Source: Squalus acanthias (taxonomy: Eukaryota). From it: a stretch of 64,000 nucleotides of DNA. Positions 25,030 through 37,314 of the stretch are shown here, piece by piece. Location of the stretch: positions 11,472,001 through 11,536,000 of the forward strand of contig CM059433.1 in assembly GCA_030390025.1 (NCBI GenBank), read 5' to 3'. The first letter of the stretch is position 1. The number at the start of each line of letters is the position of its first letter. A model generated the notes under the pieces. The model was given only the letters and a program-made list of their open reading frames with translations. It was not told where the DNA came from and did no database searches. Both the position numbers and the translations under genes were made by a program.

Positions 25030-26025
25030 TGTAAGACTTTCTCTTACTACTGTTTGGACCTCGAGAATTACGAATTAGCTTAACATATACAGACAAGGAT
25101 GTGATCAATAAAATTGGTCTTTATTCACACTATAGTTCAAAATTCGAGTGTGCATAGAAGAACCTTTGGCAATAAATTCAAAGAACTCTCGGCAATAAAT
25201 ATGCCTGCAACTTATTAATTCAAACTTACATAAAAGTACCCCCTTAACAATTCAAACGTACATAAAAGTACCCCCTTTAACAACATCTAAGCTTATGTCT
25301 GACTTTCATACATACTCCTTCCTTTCTGGGTGATCGGTCCAGGGAAATTGTAAGTCGAAACATAGACTGGCCAGCTTTCTCATTTCAATCTTCCTCCTGC
25401 TCTGTCTTTTGTGTTCTTCTAAACTCTGAAAACTCCCGCCACTGGGTTATAAGACCTCGTTGAACGTAAGTTACTCTCTGCCTCCCTTGGATAGGTCAGT
25501 TCCACTCCAAACCTTCCCTGATTGGAGTTCCTTCCGCATGACACGTTCCTGTTCCTGTGAGATGTGTGGGGGCAGGACTTCCTTGTCAATCATGTTCTCC
25601 CCTTCTTGTCCAGGTGGCGTCTCAAACAAAGAACACACACTGACCACCATTTTGTGTCTTCACAAACAAAGAACACACACTGACCACCATTTTGTGTCTT
25701 CACAAACAAAGAACACACACTGACCACCATTTTGTGTCTTCACAAACAAAGAACACACACTGACCACCATTTTGTGTCTTCACAAACAAAGAACACACAC
25801 TGACCACCATTTTGTGTCTTCACAAACAAAGAACACACACTGACCACCATTTTGTGTCTTCACAAACAAAGAACACACACTGACCACCATTTTGTGTCTT
25901 CACAAACAAAGAGCACCTGCTGATTTCCTACATTTTAAATCCGTCCGTTATCATCTCACAATTCGTTCGCAATTTCGATCTCCACACGGCAGCAGCGGTT
26001 TTATTACACTTTTCAGAATCTTACA
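25030..26025 (-). mobile_element. Solo LTR (996 bp), ERV- or Gypsy-type
   Basis: TGTAAGA...TCTTACA termini; 4-bp TSD GTAG (25026-29 and 26026-29); on minus, CCAAT (25521-25), TATAA (25447-51) and AATAAA (25120-25) in LTR order. Confidence 0.88.
25623..25912. repeat. Perfect 40-bp tandem array, ~7.3 copies
   Basis: Unit CACAAACAAAGAACACACACTGACCACCATTTTGTGTCTT repeated without spacers. Confidence 0.99.
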
Positions 26026-26809
26026 GTAGAGAAGAGAGACGAACCATGATATAGACAGAGAGAACAATGATACAAAGAAACTGCAGAGACAGCAATAAAC
26101 CCAAACACAAACATTCAGTTGGTGGCTAGAAAGAAGGAAATAAGACAGGAGACAAACAGCAATTGATCGGACAGCAACAAGAAGGCAAACGGGGATGGAG
26201 AATGGTAACCCCGACAAATCAAAAGATAGAGAAGAAAGAGAAGAAAGAGAAAGAAGGAGGAGATGAAAAATATCTAGAAGATAAGTATGCTCCGGGGGTA
26301 GAAACACCTGTAAATTAGTTCCAACAAGAGTTCGTAATAAAACATTGCTTGAAACATTGTACATTGTTACAAATAGGGCAGGAGATATTCCACTTATTGT
26401 AACAGTAAAATTCAAAGTTGATACTTGCATAATAATTGAAACTAATGTTTGGCTTGTACTAAGAACGCTTAAAATCACTAATTCAAGGTTTATTTCTCCC
26501 CCTCATTAAGGCTTGTCAGGTAATAATGTGCATGTGAATATGTAGCACTCTTATCGGTTACGCTGCACAATACTGGTATCCTCCCCAAAATCAAACATGT
26601 ACATGTGGGGAATTTAGAGAAATAAAACTGACTTGAATATCATTCTTTTTAATCACATTTTATGAAACCGTGTGCACTTTGGCGTATGGTAATTAGTATT
26701 CACTTGGATATTCTACACTTATTGGGAGGAATTGTTCATTATGATCAGCCAAATTGCCCCAGGAGGCAATCTCTATATTTAGTAGCTTACGGTATTTATG
26801 CTTGAACAG

Positions 26810-26862
26810 TTACAGAGAGATGAGAGGAAGACTCTTCAGATGATCAGACAACAGGGAGAGCA
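26810..26862 (+). CDS. Candidate coding exon (LQRDERKTLQMIRQQGE)
   Basis: Moderate acceptor TTGAACAG and GTAAGA donor; phase 0-2, compatible with 20602-20622. Confidence 0.2.
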
Positions 26863-27609
26863 GTAAGAACAGGCTTGATAGCGTTGAACAACATTTTCCA
26901 TTCGAGCATCAGAAAAAATATTTCATCAATCGTGAAAGGCATCAATAACCCCAACAAAGTAAGTGCGACCTCCTCAAAGAGAAACTGTTTTTCTATTTGT
27001 TCTCGGGATATGGGCAACATTTGGCAAAGCTCATCCCTAGTTCCCCTGAGAAGATGGAGGTGGTGCTTTCTCATGAAACCACCTCAGCCCTTGTGGTGAT
27101 GGTGCTCCCATCAAAGGCCCACCTCCAGCTGGCCTCTTTGCACTCTTCTGCCACAAATGGAGGACTGGGGAGAAGTGAGAGATTTGAGATTGAAAAGACA
27201 CACAATTGGAGGCACCGAGGGCAATCACAGTGTAAAATCAAACAAGAAAAAAGGCACACAAATCTCTTGTTAGTTAAAAAATTGCCAGCACAGATGTTAT
27301 GGTATTTTGGCCAGGTAGGCGACTGCCTAGGAGAATGCCATGTAGAATCTTTTCAAAATGGTAGGCATGGGAGTTTTATGGGAAGCAACTGAGTGTCAAT
27401 GGCAGCAGTCACAGATTTCATCCCATAAGGTGTGACTGCTGCTAGCGCCTCTGTTGGGGGAGCCTGTGCAGATTGTATTGGAGCTGCCACACACTCAAGG
27501 GTTGACTGCAATGCTGAACACATGCCCCTTTGTGGTATCGCATATAGGCGAGGGATGAGTGGACCCATGCAATTGAGCCATCTGCAGCACATTCTTGGAC
27601 ACTGGTGGG

Positions 27610-29065
27610 GGGGGGGGGGGGTAATTTTAGATCTCCCCATCCGGTGTGGAGGGAGGAGGTTGGAGGGATTGCGGGAGATTAAAATAGGACAGAAGACTTA
27701 CCTGCTGGCCTTGTGTCCCGATCCTGCTGACTGCAATTTTAAATTGCAGGCACCAAGGACACCTTCCTGCTGCCAGTGGGGTCCTTGCTTAAATATGCAA
27801 ATTGCCTCCCAATGGTGTAATTGGTGCAACAAGACCTGGACAACGTTCAAGCTTGGGCTGATAAGTGGCAAGTAACATTCGCGCCACAGAAGTGCCAGGC
27901 AATGACTATCTCCAACAAGCGAGAGTCTAACCACCGCCCCATGATATTCAACGGCATTACCATTGCCGAATCCCCCACCATCAACAACCTGGGGGTCACC
28001 ATTGACCAGAAACTTAACTGGACCAGCCACATAAATACTGTGGCTACAAGAGCAGGTCAGAGGCTAGGTATTCTGTGGCGAGTGTCTCACCTCCTGACTC
28101 CCCAAAGCCTTTCCACCATCTACAAGGCACAAGTAAGGAGTGTGATGGAATACTCTCCACTTGCCTAGATGAGTGCAGCTCCAACAACACTTAAGAAGCT
28201 CGACACCATCCAGGACAAAGCAGCCCGCTTGATTGGCACCCCATCCACCACCTTAAACATTCACTCCCTCCACCACCAGCGTACCGTGGCTGCAGTGTGT
28301 ACCATCTACAAGATGCACTGCAGCAACTCACCAAGGCTTCTTTGACAGCACCTCCCAAACCTGCGATCTCTTCCACCCAGAAGGACAAGGGCAGCAGGCA
28401 CATGGGAACACCACCACCTCTAATTTCCCCTCCAAGTCACACACCATCCTGACTTAGAAGTATATCGCCGATCCTTCATCGTTGCTGGATCAAAATCCTG
28501 GAACTCCCTACCTAACAGCACTGTGGGAGTACATTCACCACACGGACTGCAGCGGTTCAAGAAGGTGGTGCACCACCACCTTCTCAAGGGCAATTAGGGA
28601 TGGGCAATAAATGCTGGGGCTTGCCAGCGACGCCCACATCCCATTAAAAAAAACAAATTAAAAAAAAATTGGTAACTGACTGCAATCCTCACCCTCGGGC
28701 TGCGTGGGGAAGGGCTCAAGGCTTCCCTGCCAGGTAAAATCTGGTGGGAACACAAGCCAGACCCAGAAGAGGCAGATTTCTTTAATTTTTCTTTGTTTCC
28801 TGTGGGCCAGGAGAAACAGGAGTGTTCCATTGGGCTCCACAACCTAACCTTGGGCCTCCCTTGCTCGGTGCTTCCGTTCCCATCTGACGGCCTTCCCAAC
28901 CACTCATCTTAGTGCCGGGGCCATTCGATCAGGTCCCTGATGGCGAATACCTACTGCCTTGAATCCCGCTTCCACTCATCAGCTACATCTCTCTTCCCAC
29001 CAGGTTCAGGCGGAAGATTGACGTCTATCATGCAGATGAGGCCCAGGAGTTAAAAGAGCTCGGGA
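27610..29065. mobile_element. Probable non-autonomous Harbinger-type element split by a family B LINE
   Basis: GGGGGTAATTTT start and a GC-rich body on both sides of the LINE; right TIR not resolved. Confidence 0.4.
27824..28668 (+). mobile_element. Family B LINE 3' fragment
   Basis: ORF 27821..28168 (QQDLDNVQAWADKWQVTF..); poly(A); AATTGGT at both junctions. Confidence 0.95.
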
Positions 29066-30403
29066 CATAGGGACATAGGAATTGCTCGACCAAAAAAGAG
29101 CAAGGTCCATCAAATTTGTCTTCTACCTTCCTGGTAGTTGCACTATACAATGATAGTGGACTAATCAGAGCAATCAATCTCTATGAATTAGTCTACAACA
29201 GACCCACATCTGATGCCAGGAAAATCCTAGTGATGAAGAGCTTTGGGAACCATAGGCCCAAAGTCACCTCTTCCTCCCAAGCGTGCTACACTTGCCAGAG
29301 TTCCAGGGCTTTCTCCTAATATGGGGTGCTCTCTGTCATTGACTATGGGTCATTTTCTCCATTCAGAAGTAGATAATGTGGAAGCTCTCTGCTGGTCATC
29401 ATATGAAATGCAATCTTAGATGTCAGTAAGCATTCTTCAATGGGACTGAAAACAGGTGTAAGAAACAAGCAACTGCATCCTTTCATGTTCGGCTGTGCGT
29501 GAAATAATACTTGCTGGAGAAGGAACGGGTCAGAAGGTTTTTGTGGTAACTCATGCTCAGTTGTAGATGTCGTGGGGTCAAGGTGGCTGCAAATGTGCCA
29601 GTTAATACATTGCACTGTTACAAGGTATCACTGTCCGCTTTTACCTTAACTAGACAACTGAGGACTTAGAAGTTCTTCCAGCAATGTGCTCGCGATTTGC
29701 TGATATGCTGTCCTCTGTGTGTGAGGCACCACCAGTGGTCTGAGGGCTCAGAGAATTTCACTCTGTTTCAGAGGACACCTGCAGGATGTATTGTGAAGTT
29801 TTACTTAATTTAACTTTGGGGAGGGGGAGGCAGGGAGCAATTTTGCAGAATCTTTAGTCCAGAGGTTACATGGATTGGGGCCGTACATGGTCCATGGAAG
29901 TAATGGGCTTGTCAGACATAATGGAATTTTCTTGTTTCATGTTTTCTTGTGTTTTGAACCTGTGTATGAATATATTTTTTTAAACTTAGGATTCAGCACT
30001 GCTTTGTGGGTATATCGAGCAAAATAGATGCTTATCCTGGAGTAATTCTTTAAAATACTAACTATTGACATCATTAAGTATTTATGTGAAGAAAGGTCAT
30101 TTATGTTTGTCCGTGGTCTTTTTCAGTGCTAATATATTTGATTTATTCTCACGGTTCAACATTTTTAATATGCCTTTGAGGAAAAAAGAAATTGTACTAG
30201 TACCTTTGAAAGTTATGAATGATTCCTGCAGTCCTGCCTCTGGCTTTAAAACACTGATAAGAATGCTGCAAAGGGTATAAGTTAATTTCACTGAGCTAGG
30301 AAAGTAGTTTTAGGTTCAACCATATATTATTTTTGGCAGTTCCTGCATCTTCCATTTACCTACATTGTCTGTAGATTTCAATATCATGACACAAATATCC
30401 TTA

Positions 30404-31108
30404 GGGGGAAAAATTGGGTTGCTTTGCGCCTCCCGTTAGCACCCCGAGGGAGCGTTAACCGGGCGCAAAGCCCCTAGCGCCCAGGCGCGGCGCCGCTAAT
30501 GCCTCCCACGAAATTCAGCGGGAGGTTAGCGGCGGCGGTAGCTGGTAGCGTCCTGCGGCGCTGCGCCTCCGGCGATGGCGTCATTGCCATGCACAACACC
30601 CCGCTCGCGCCCCGGCCGCAAACTTGGCTTGCGCCCCCTGACCTACCGCCGGACGCTATGTCCAACAGAGTCAGGGTGCCGTGTTTGCGGTGGCGCAAAT
30701 TAAAGGGCAGTGCCAGGCAGCCCATTTTTTTGCCTGCCCCCTCTCGCCTCCTCCTGCGGGGTGCCGGCCGCGATCAGTCAGCCCGGCGCTCCTTGAGTGC
30801 CGTGCTCTTTTGCGGGCACCCCACTCCCCGGTGGCCCAGCAGGGCCCTGGTGCGCGCAGCGCTAGGCCCCTCCCCTTTAATCAGGGGAGGGAGGCCTGCA
30901 GTACCGTGGTGCGATGTGCCGACGCGCGTGGCGCTGTTGCACGTAGCACCGCGATATTCAATGGGAGCGCCCCAAGAGGGAGGGGGAGCGCCTCCAGTAG
31001 CGCCCCGCCTCCTGCTTGGGACGCTACCATTCAATTTCCCGTGCCAGGGCGCTAACTTTTTCCGGCCAAGTTAGCGCCCCAAAGGGGGCGCGACCCAATT
31101 TTTCCCCC
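30404..31108. mobile_element. GC-rich Harbinger-type MITE, family M2
   Basis: 16-bp perfect TIR GGGGGAAAAATTGGGT / ACCCAATTTTTCCCCC; flanks TTA / TAA. Confidence 0.92.
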
Positions 31109-31564
31109 TAATGTTTAGTTTGGATTTTATCAAATGAAATGAAAGGATAATTTCTTAAATAAATCATCTCCCTATGCATTAAGTAACTGTTCTCTCTTTA
31201 AGTTACGATAGTAGTTACAAAAGATAGTTGTTCTTATGTTGTATCTTTTGATTGCTCTGTTCATATTCAACCTGGCAGCAGTCATAAAGGCAGCCCCAGG
31301 TTCCTTCACTTCATTGATTTAGATAGAACCATGTGACCATACAGACGGCAGCTTTTGACACGTTAGAACCCCTGCGACTACACCTCATTGTCTCAGTTGT
31401 ATCTTGCTATGTCTTTGATGTGGTACCTTCCTGGCTGACTTAATTAACTTTATCACACCTCGGCAGATAGTCAGGATGATTTAATTTAGTGGTATGCAAT
31501 TGTAAGGTACACATGCTTTGTTTTCTATCTATATATGCTTTGGCGATTCTGTATCTAATTTACT

Positions 31565-31606
31565 TCACCTGAGGAAGGAGCAATCGATAGCTCCGAAAGC
31601 TTGTGA
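31565..31606 (+). ncRNA. Minimal type-I hammerhead ribozyme motif (Penelope-like remnant)
   Basis: UCAC-CUGAGGA-A-GGAGC(8 nt)GCUCC-GAAA-GCUU-GUGA: stem I, core, stem II and palindromic stem III; AATAAA downstream. Confidence 0.7.
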
Positions 31607-31669
31607 TTTCAAATAAAACTGTTGGACTATAACCTGGTGTTGTGCGACCTCTCAATTTTGACCATAAAT

Positions 31670-34600
31670 AAAGCCATAGACATTCACGGCAAGAAGGAGG
31701 CCATTAAGCCCATCAACTTTGAGCCGGTCTTTTGCTCGAGTGATCCAATAGTGATCCCACTGCACTAATCTTTCCCTACAACCCTGTATCTTCCTCTTCT
31801 TCAAATATTTTCCCCTTGAAAGATGGAAGGGTCTCTGCCTCAACTATTCCCTGAAGAAAAGCCTTTTCTTTTTGTTCGTTCCAGGGATGTGGGTGTCGCT
31901 GGCGAGGCCGGCATTTACTGCCCAACCCGTAATTGCTCTTGAGAAGGTGGTGGTGAGCCACCTTCTTGAACTGCTGCAGTCCCGTGTGGTGAAGGTGCTC
32001 CCTCAGTGCTGTTAGGGAGGGAGTTCCAGGATTTTGACCCAGCAGCGATGAACGATCAGCGATATACTTCCAAGTCAGAATGGTGTGTGACTTGGAGGGG
32101 AACTTGGAGGTGATGGTGTTCCCATGTGCCTGCTGCCCTTGTCCTTCTAGGTAGTAGAGGTTTGGGAAGTGCTGCTGAAGAAGCCTTGGCGAGTTGCTGC
32201 AGTGCATCTTGTAGATGGTACACACTGCAGCCACGGTACGCCGGTGGTGGAGGGAGTGAATGTTTAAGGTGGTGGATGGGGTGCCAATCAAGTGGGCTGC
32301 TTTGTCTTGGATGGTATCGAGCTTCTTGAGTGTTGTTGGAGCAGCACTCATCCAGGCAATTGGAGAGTATTCCATCACACTCCTGATTTGTGACTTGCAG
32401 ATGGTGGAAAGGCTTTGGGGCATCAGGAAGTGAGACACTCAACGCAAAATAACCAGCCTCTGATCTGCTCTTGTAGCCATAGTATTTATGTGGCTGGTCC
32501 AGTTAAGTTTCTGGTCAATGGTGACGCCCAGGATGTTGATGGTGGGGGAATCGGCGATGGTAATGCTGTTGAATGTCAAGGGGAGGTGATTAGACTCTCT
32601 CTTGTTGGAGATAGTCATTGTCTGGCACTTGTGTGGCGCCAATGTTACCTACCACTTATCAGCCCAAGCCTGAATGTCATCCAGGTCTTGCTGCATGCGG
32701 GCATGGACTGCTTCATTATCTGAGGAGTTGCGAATGGAACTAAACACCGTGCAATCATCAGTGAATATACCTACTTCTGACCTTATGATGGAGAGAAAGT
32801 CATTGATGAAGAAGCTGAAGATGATTGGGCCTAGGATACTGCCCTGAGGAAATCGTGCAGCGATGTCCTGGGACTGAGATGATTGGCCTCCAACAACCAC
32901 AACCATCTTCTTTTTGCTAGGTATGACTCAAGCCAGTGAAGAGTTTCCCCCGTGATTCCCATTGATTTCAGTTTTGCTAGGGCTCCTTGATGCCACACTC
33001 GGTCAAATCCTGCCTTGATGTCAAAGGCAGTCACTCTCACCTCACCTCTGGAATTCAGCTCTTTTGTCCATGTTTGCACCAAGGTTGTAATGAGATCTGG
33101 AGCCGAGTGGTGCTGGCGGAACTCAAACTGAGCATCAGTGAGCAGGTTATTGGTGAGTAAGTGCCACTTGATAGCACTGTCGATGACACCTTCCAGCACG
33201 TTGCTGATGATTGAGAGTAGACTGATGGGGCAATAATTGGCCAGATTGGATTTGTCCTGCTTTTTGTGGAAAGGACATACCTGGGCAGTTTTCCACATTG
33301 TCGGGTAGATGCCAGTGTTGTAGCTGTACTGGAACAGCTTGGCTAGAGGCGCGGCTAGTTCTGGAGCACAAGTTTTCAGCACGACAGCCAGGAAGTTGTC
33401 AGGACCCATAGCCTTTGCTGTATCCAGCGCGCTCAGCCGTTTCTTGATATCACGTGGAGTGAATTGAATTGGTTGAAGACTGGCTTCTGTGATGGTGGGA
33501 ACTTCAAGAGGAGGCCAATATAGATCATCCACTTGGCACTTCTGGCTGAAGATGGTTGTAAATGTTTCAGCCTTGTTTTTTGCACTCGTGTGCTGGGCTC
33601 CACCATCATTGAGGATGGGGATGTTCATGGTGGCTCCTCCTCCCGTTAGTTGTTTAATTGTCCACCACCATTCACAACTGGATGTGGCAGGACTGCAGAG
33701 CTTTGATCTGATCCATTGGTTGTGGGATCGCTTAGCTCTGTCTATAGCATGCTGCTTCCGCTGTTTAGTCCTGTGTTGCAGCTTCCCCAGGTTGGCACCT
33801 CATTTTTAGGTATGCCTGGTGCTGCTCCTGGCATGCTCTTCTACATTCCTCATTGAACCAGGATTGGTCCCCTGACTTGATAATAATGTTAGAGTGAGTG
33901 ATATGCCGGGCCATGTGGTTACAGATTGTGGTGGAATACAATTCTGTTGCTGCTAATGGCCCACGGCGCTCATGGATTCCCAGTTTTGAGCTGTTAGATC
34001 TGTTCTGAATCTGTCCCATTTAGCACGGTGGTAGTGCCACACAACACGATGGAAGGTGTCCTCAGTGTGAAGACGGGACTTCATCTCCACAAGGACTGTG
34101 CAGTGGTCACTGCTACCAATACTATCATGGACAGATGCATCCATGACAGGTAGATTGGTGAGGACGAGGTCAAATAGGTTTTTCCCTCGTGTTGGTTCTC
34201 TCACCACCTGCTGCAGGCCCAGTCTGGAAGCTATGTCCTTCAGGACTCGGCCAGCTCGGTTAGTAGTGGTGCTACCGAGCCATTCTTGGTGATGGACATT
34301 GAAGTCCCCCACCCAGAGTACATTCTGTGCCCTTGCTACCCTCAGTGCTTCTTCCAAGTGGTGTTCAACATGGACGAGCACTGATTCATCAGCTGCGGGT
34401 GGGCGGTAGGTGCTAATCAGCAGGAGGTTTCCTTGCCCATGCTTGACCTGAAGCCATGAGACTTCATGGGGTCTGGAGTCAATGTTGATAACTACCAGGG
34501 CCACTCCCTCCCTACTGTATACCACTGTGCCGCCACCTCTGGTGGGTCTGTCCTGCCGGTGGGACAGGATATTCCCAGGGATGGTGATGGAGGATTCTGG

Positions 34601-35182
34601 GACGTTGGCTGAAAGGTATGATGCTGTGAGTCTGACTATGTCAGGCTGTTGCTTGACTAGTCTGTGCAACAGCTCTCCCAATTTTGGAGCACGTCCCCAG
34701 ATGTTAGTGAGGAGGATTTGCAGGGTCGACTGGGCTGGGTGTGTCTTTGTCGTGGCCGAGGTCGATGCCGGGTGGTCCATTTGGTTTTACTCTTATTGTT
34801 GTTTTTCGTAGCGGCTTGGTACAACTGAGTGGCTTGCTAGGCCAATTCAGGGGGCAGTTAGGAGTCAACCACATTGCTGTGGGTTTGGAGTCACTACAGA
34901 CCAGATCAGGTAAGGACGGCAAATCTGCTTCCCTAAAGGTCATTAGTGAACCAGATGGGTATTTATGACAATCCGGTAGTTTCATGGTCACCATTAGCTT
35001 TTTTATTCCAGATTTATTTAATGAACTGAATTTAAATTCCACAGCTGCCGTGGTGGGAATTTGAACTCGTGCTCCAACAACTGTCTGTGTAAAGAAATTT
35101 CTCCCAACCCCTCTCCTCACTCTCTTGGTGATATTTTAAATTGATGAACCCTCGTCACTGACTCCCCAACCAGGAGAAATAG
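31670..35182 (-). mobile_element. Old CR1 3' fragment (31670-31865 and 35070-35182) split by the family B LINE
   Basis: RNFFTQTVV at 35070-35110 is continuous with the CR1 3' end at 31670-31865. Confidence 0.7.
31866..35068 (-). mobile_element. Family B LINE, near full length (5' leader + APE + RT), degenerate
   Basis: ORFs 33953..34780 (APE: GDFN, SDH), 32831..33628 (KAMGPD, FDRVWH), 32649..32906 and 31776..32438; ~370-bp 5' leader with a B-box-like motif. Confidence 0.95.
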
Positions 35183-36094
35183 GGGCATGTTTTCATATTT
35201 TGCACTGAGGTCTGAATTGTAGCCTGGGCGGAACGTATCGAAGAAAATCATGTGGAGCCCAATTGATTTTACATCCATTAATTTAGCTGGACAAATGCAA
35301 AATCTATTTTATCTTAACAATCTGGAGTATGGTGTGCACTCCCTGTCTATAAAACCTTACTTCACGTTGTCAAGGCTTTCAGTTACCCTTTTTATGTCCA
35401 CATTCAACATTGAATTTAATATATATGTATGTATCTATGTGCATTTGAAAATGGAATTGTAAAAAAATCTGAATTGAATTCTCTTACAATATCATCTGTT
35501 CTACAATCTGAAGATAAGAGTTCTTTCTAGGCGTCATGCGGATCTATTTCATGGAGAAACAAGTGCTCTTAAAGCTGAAGGATTTCTATTTCGTTTACCA
35601 ATCTCATTAATTCTTTGTAAAGGTGGCACTTCAACTGATCATCTCCCTCACATTTCCACCATGAAGTAAAATCGCTGAAAAGGTTCAGCTTTGTTCCAGA
35701 GTAGTTAAGCTTTTCTGCCACCTTTCTGGTCCTGTTAATTAATTTACTGGCACATTGCCACGAGCTAGTTGTGAACAGGATACATATGGTTTTATCATCT
35801 ACTGTACCAAGCGTTATAAAGTGAAATCTGTCTTAAAACCCATTGAATGTCAGTCTCAACACTACAGTGAATGATTCAGACTTAAACCTGCATTAGATCA
35901 CCTGTCCGAACAGACCATCTGAAACCAATCCCACAGGTGTCCATTGCAGACAGGTTCCATTGAAGTTATACGATGTTATAGAGCCTTGTTATTATCCATT
36001 TGGTTCTTTTTTGTAATTCACTAAACCAAAATCCAATACAGTGCAATTCTTTTCTATCGGATTCATCAGAGCTGACATCACAGTTACGTAATAT

Positions 36095-37300
36095 TATAAC
36101 AACAACAACAACTTGCAATGATACACTGCACTTAATGTGGAAAAGCATCCGCAGGTGCTCCAGAGAGGTATAAACCAGAAGGCTTATACACGAAACCAGA
36201 AGGAGAGATTAGGAAGTGAGACCAAAAGTTTGGACAGGGAGGTGAACTTTAAGGAAGGTCTTAAAGGAGAAGAGGGAGGTAGAAAGCCAGAGGGGTTTAA
36301 AGAGTGAATTCCAGGGCGTGGGCCTAGATGGCTAAAAGCATGGCCGCCAATGGTGGGACAAAGGGGTGGGGGATGCACAAGAGGCCAGAGTAATATTAAT
36401 GAAGAAGCCAGGGGTGGGTTGTAGTGTTGGAGGTGGTTACAGAAATAGTAAGGGGGCAAGACCATGAATGGATTTAAACACAAGTTGAGAAATTAAATTG
36501 GCTGAGTTTTTGGACCATGAGTTAAGGTATGTCAGTGAGGAAAGGGGTTATGGATGAGCTGGATTTGGTGCAAGATATGATATGGGCAGTAGAGTTTTGA
36601 CTGAGCTGAAATTGACAGAGGGTAGGCTCACCAGGAGAGCATTGGAATAGTCAATTCTGGAGAAGCAAAAGCATAGATGAGGGTTTCAGCAAGAGATGTG
36701 TTTAGGCAAAGGTGAAGGTTGTCAATGTTACAGAGGTGTAAGTAGGCATTGTTTCTAATGGATATGATATAGAGTTGGAAATATAGCTCAAGATCAATCA
36801 GGCCGCTGAGGTTGCAAACAGTCTGGTTCACCTAACGGACAGTTACAGGGAGGGGTTGGAGTTGGTGGCAGAAGGTACAGAGGCCAAAGATGATGGCTTC
36901 TGTCTTCCCAATGTTTAACTGGAACAAAACTGCACACTCATCCAAGACTAGATGTCAGACAAGCAGTCTGATAGCAGAGATGCAATAGAGGGATCATGTA
37001 GTGGAGAGGTAGAGTTGAGCATCATCAGCATACATGTGGAAGCTGACCTCGCGTCTGCAGCTGATGTTGATAAGAGGCAGCATGTAGATGAGGAAGACGT
37101 GGGGGCCAAGGATGGATCCTTGGGGCATCTGTAGGTGATGATGCAAGTTTGAGAAGCCACTGCTGGAGATGCTCTGCCTAGATCAGATAAGCAAGAAAAG
37201 GCAGTGCCACTGAGCTGTACATTTCAGGAGGTTGGAATGATCAACTGCGTTAAAGGCAGCAGAGGAGTTGAGGAAGATGAGGAGAGATAATGCACCACAG
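36095..37300 (-). mobile_element. Old degenerate L2 LINE
   Basis: LAETLIYAF, LLSDCLSDI and GGHAFS remnants; (CAA)n tail at ~36098. Confidence 0.85.
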
Positions 37301-37314
37301 TGACAGAGAATATT

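Noticed and set aside
25623..25912. 40-bp repeats as a CRISPR array
   Set aside because: The units are contiguous with no unique spacers, there are no cas genes, and the context is a eukaryotic LTR.
25951..26478. 175-aa hydrophobic ORF as a membrane protein
   Set aside because: It is the antisense translation of a purine-rich low-complexity tract, giving L/S/F bias, and it runs into the LTR.
30474..31074. GC-rich ORFs / CpG-island promoter (also 48985-49495, 50706-51533, 55046-55577)
   Set aside because: They lie wholly or mostly inside TIR-bounded MITEs, and the open frames reflect high GC content.
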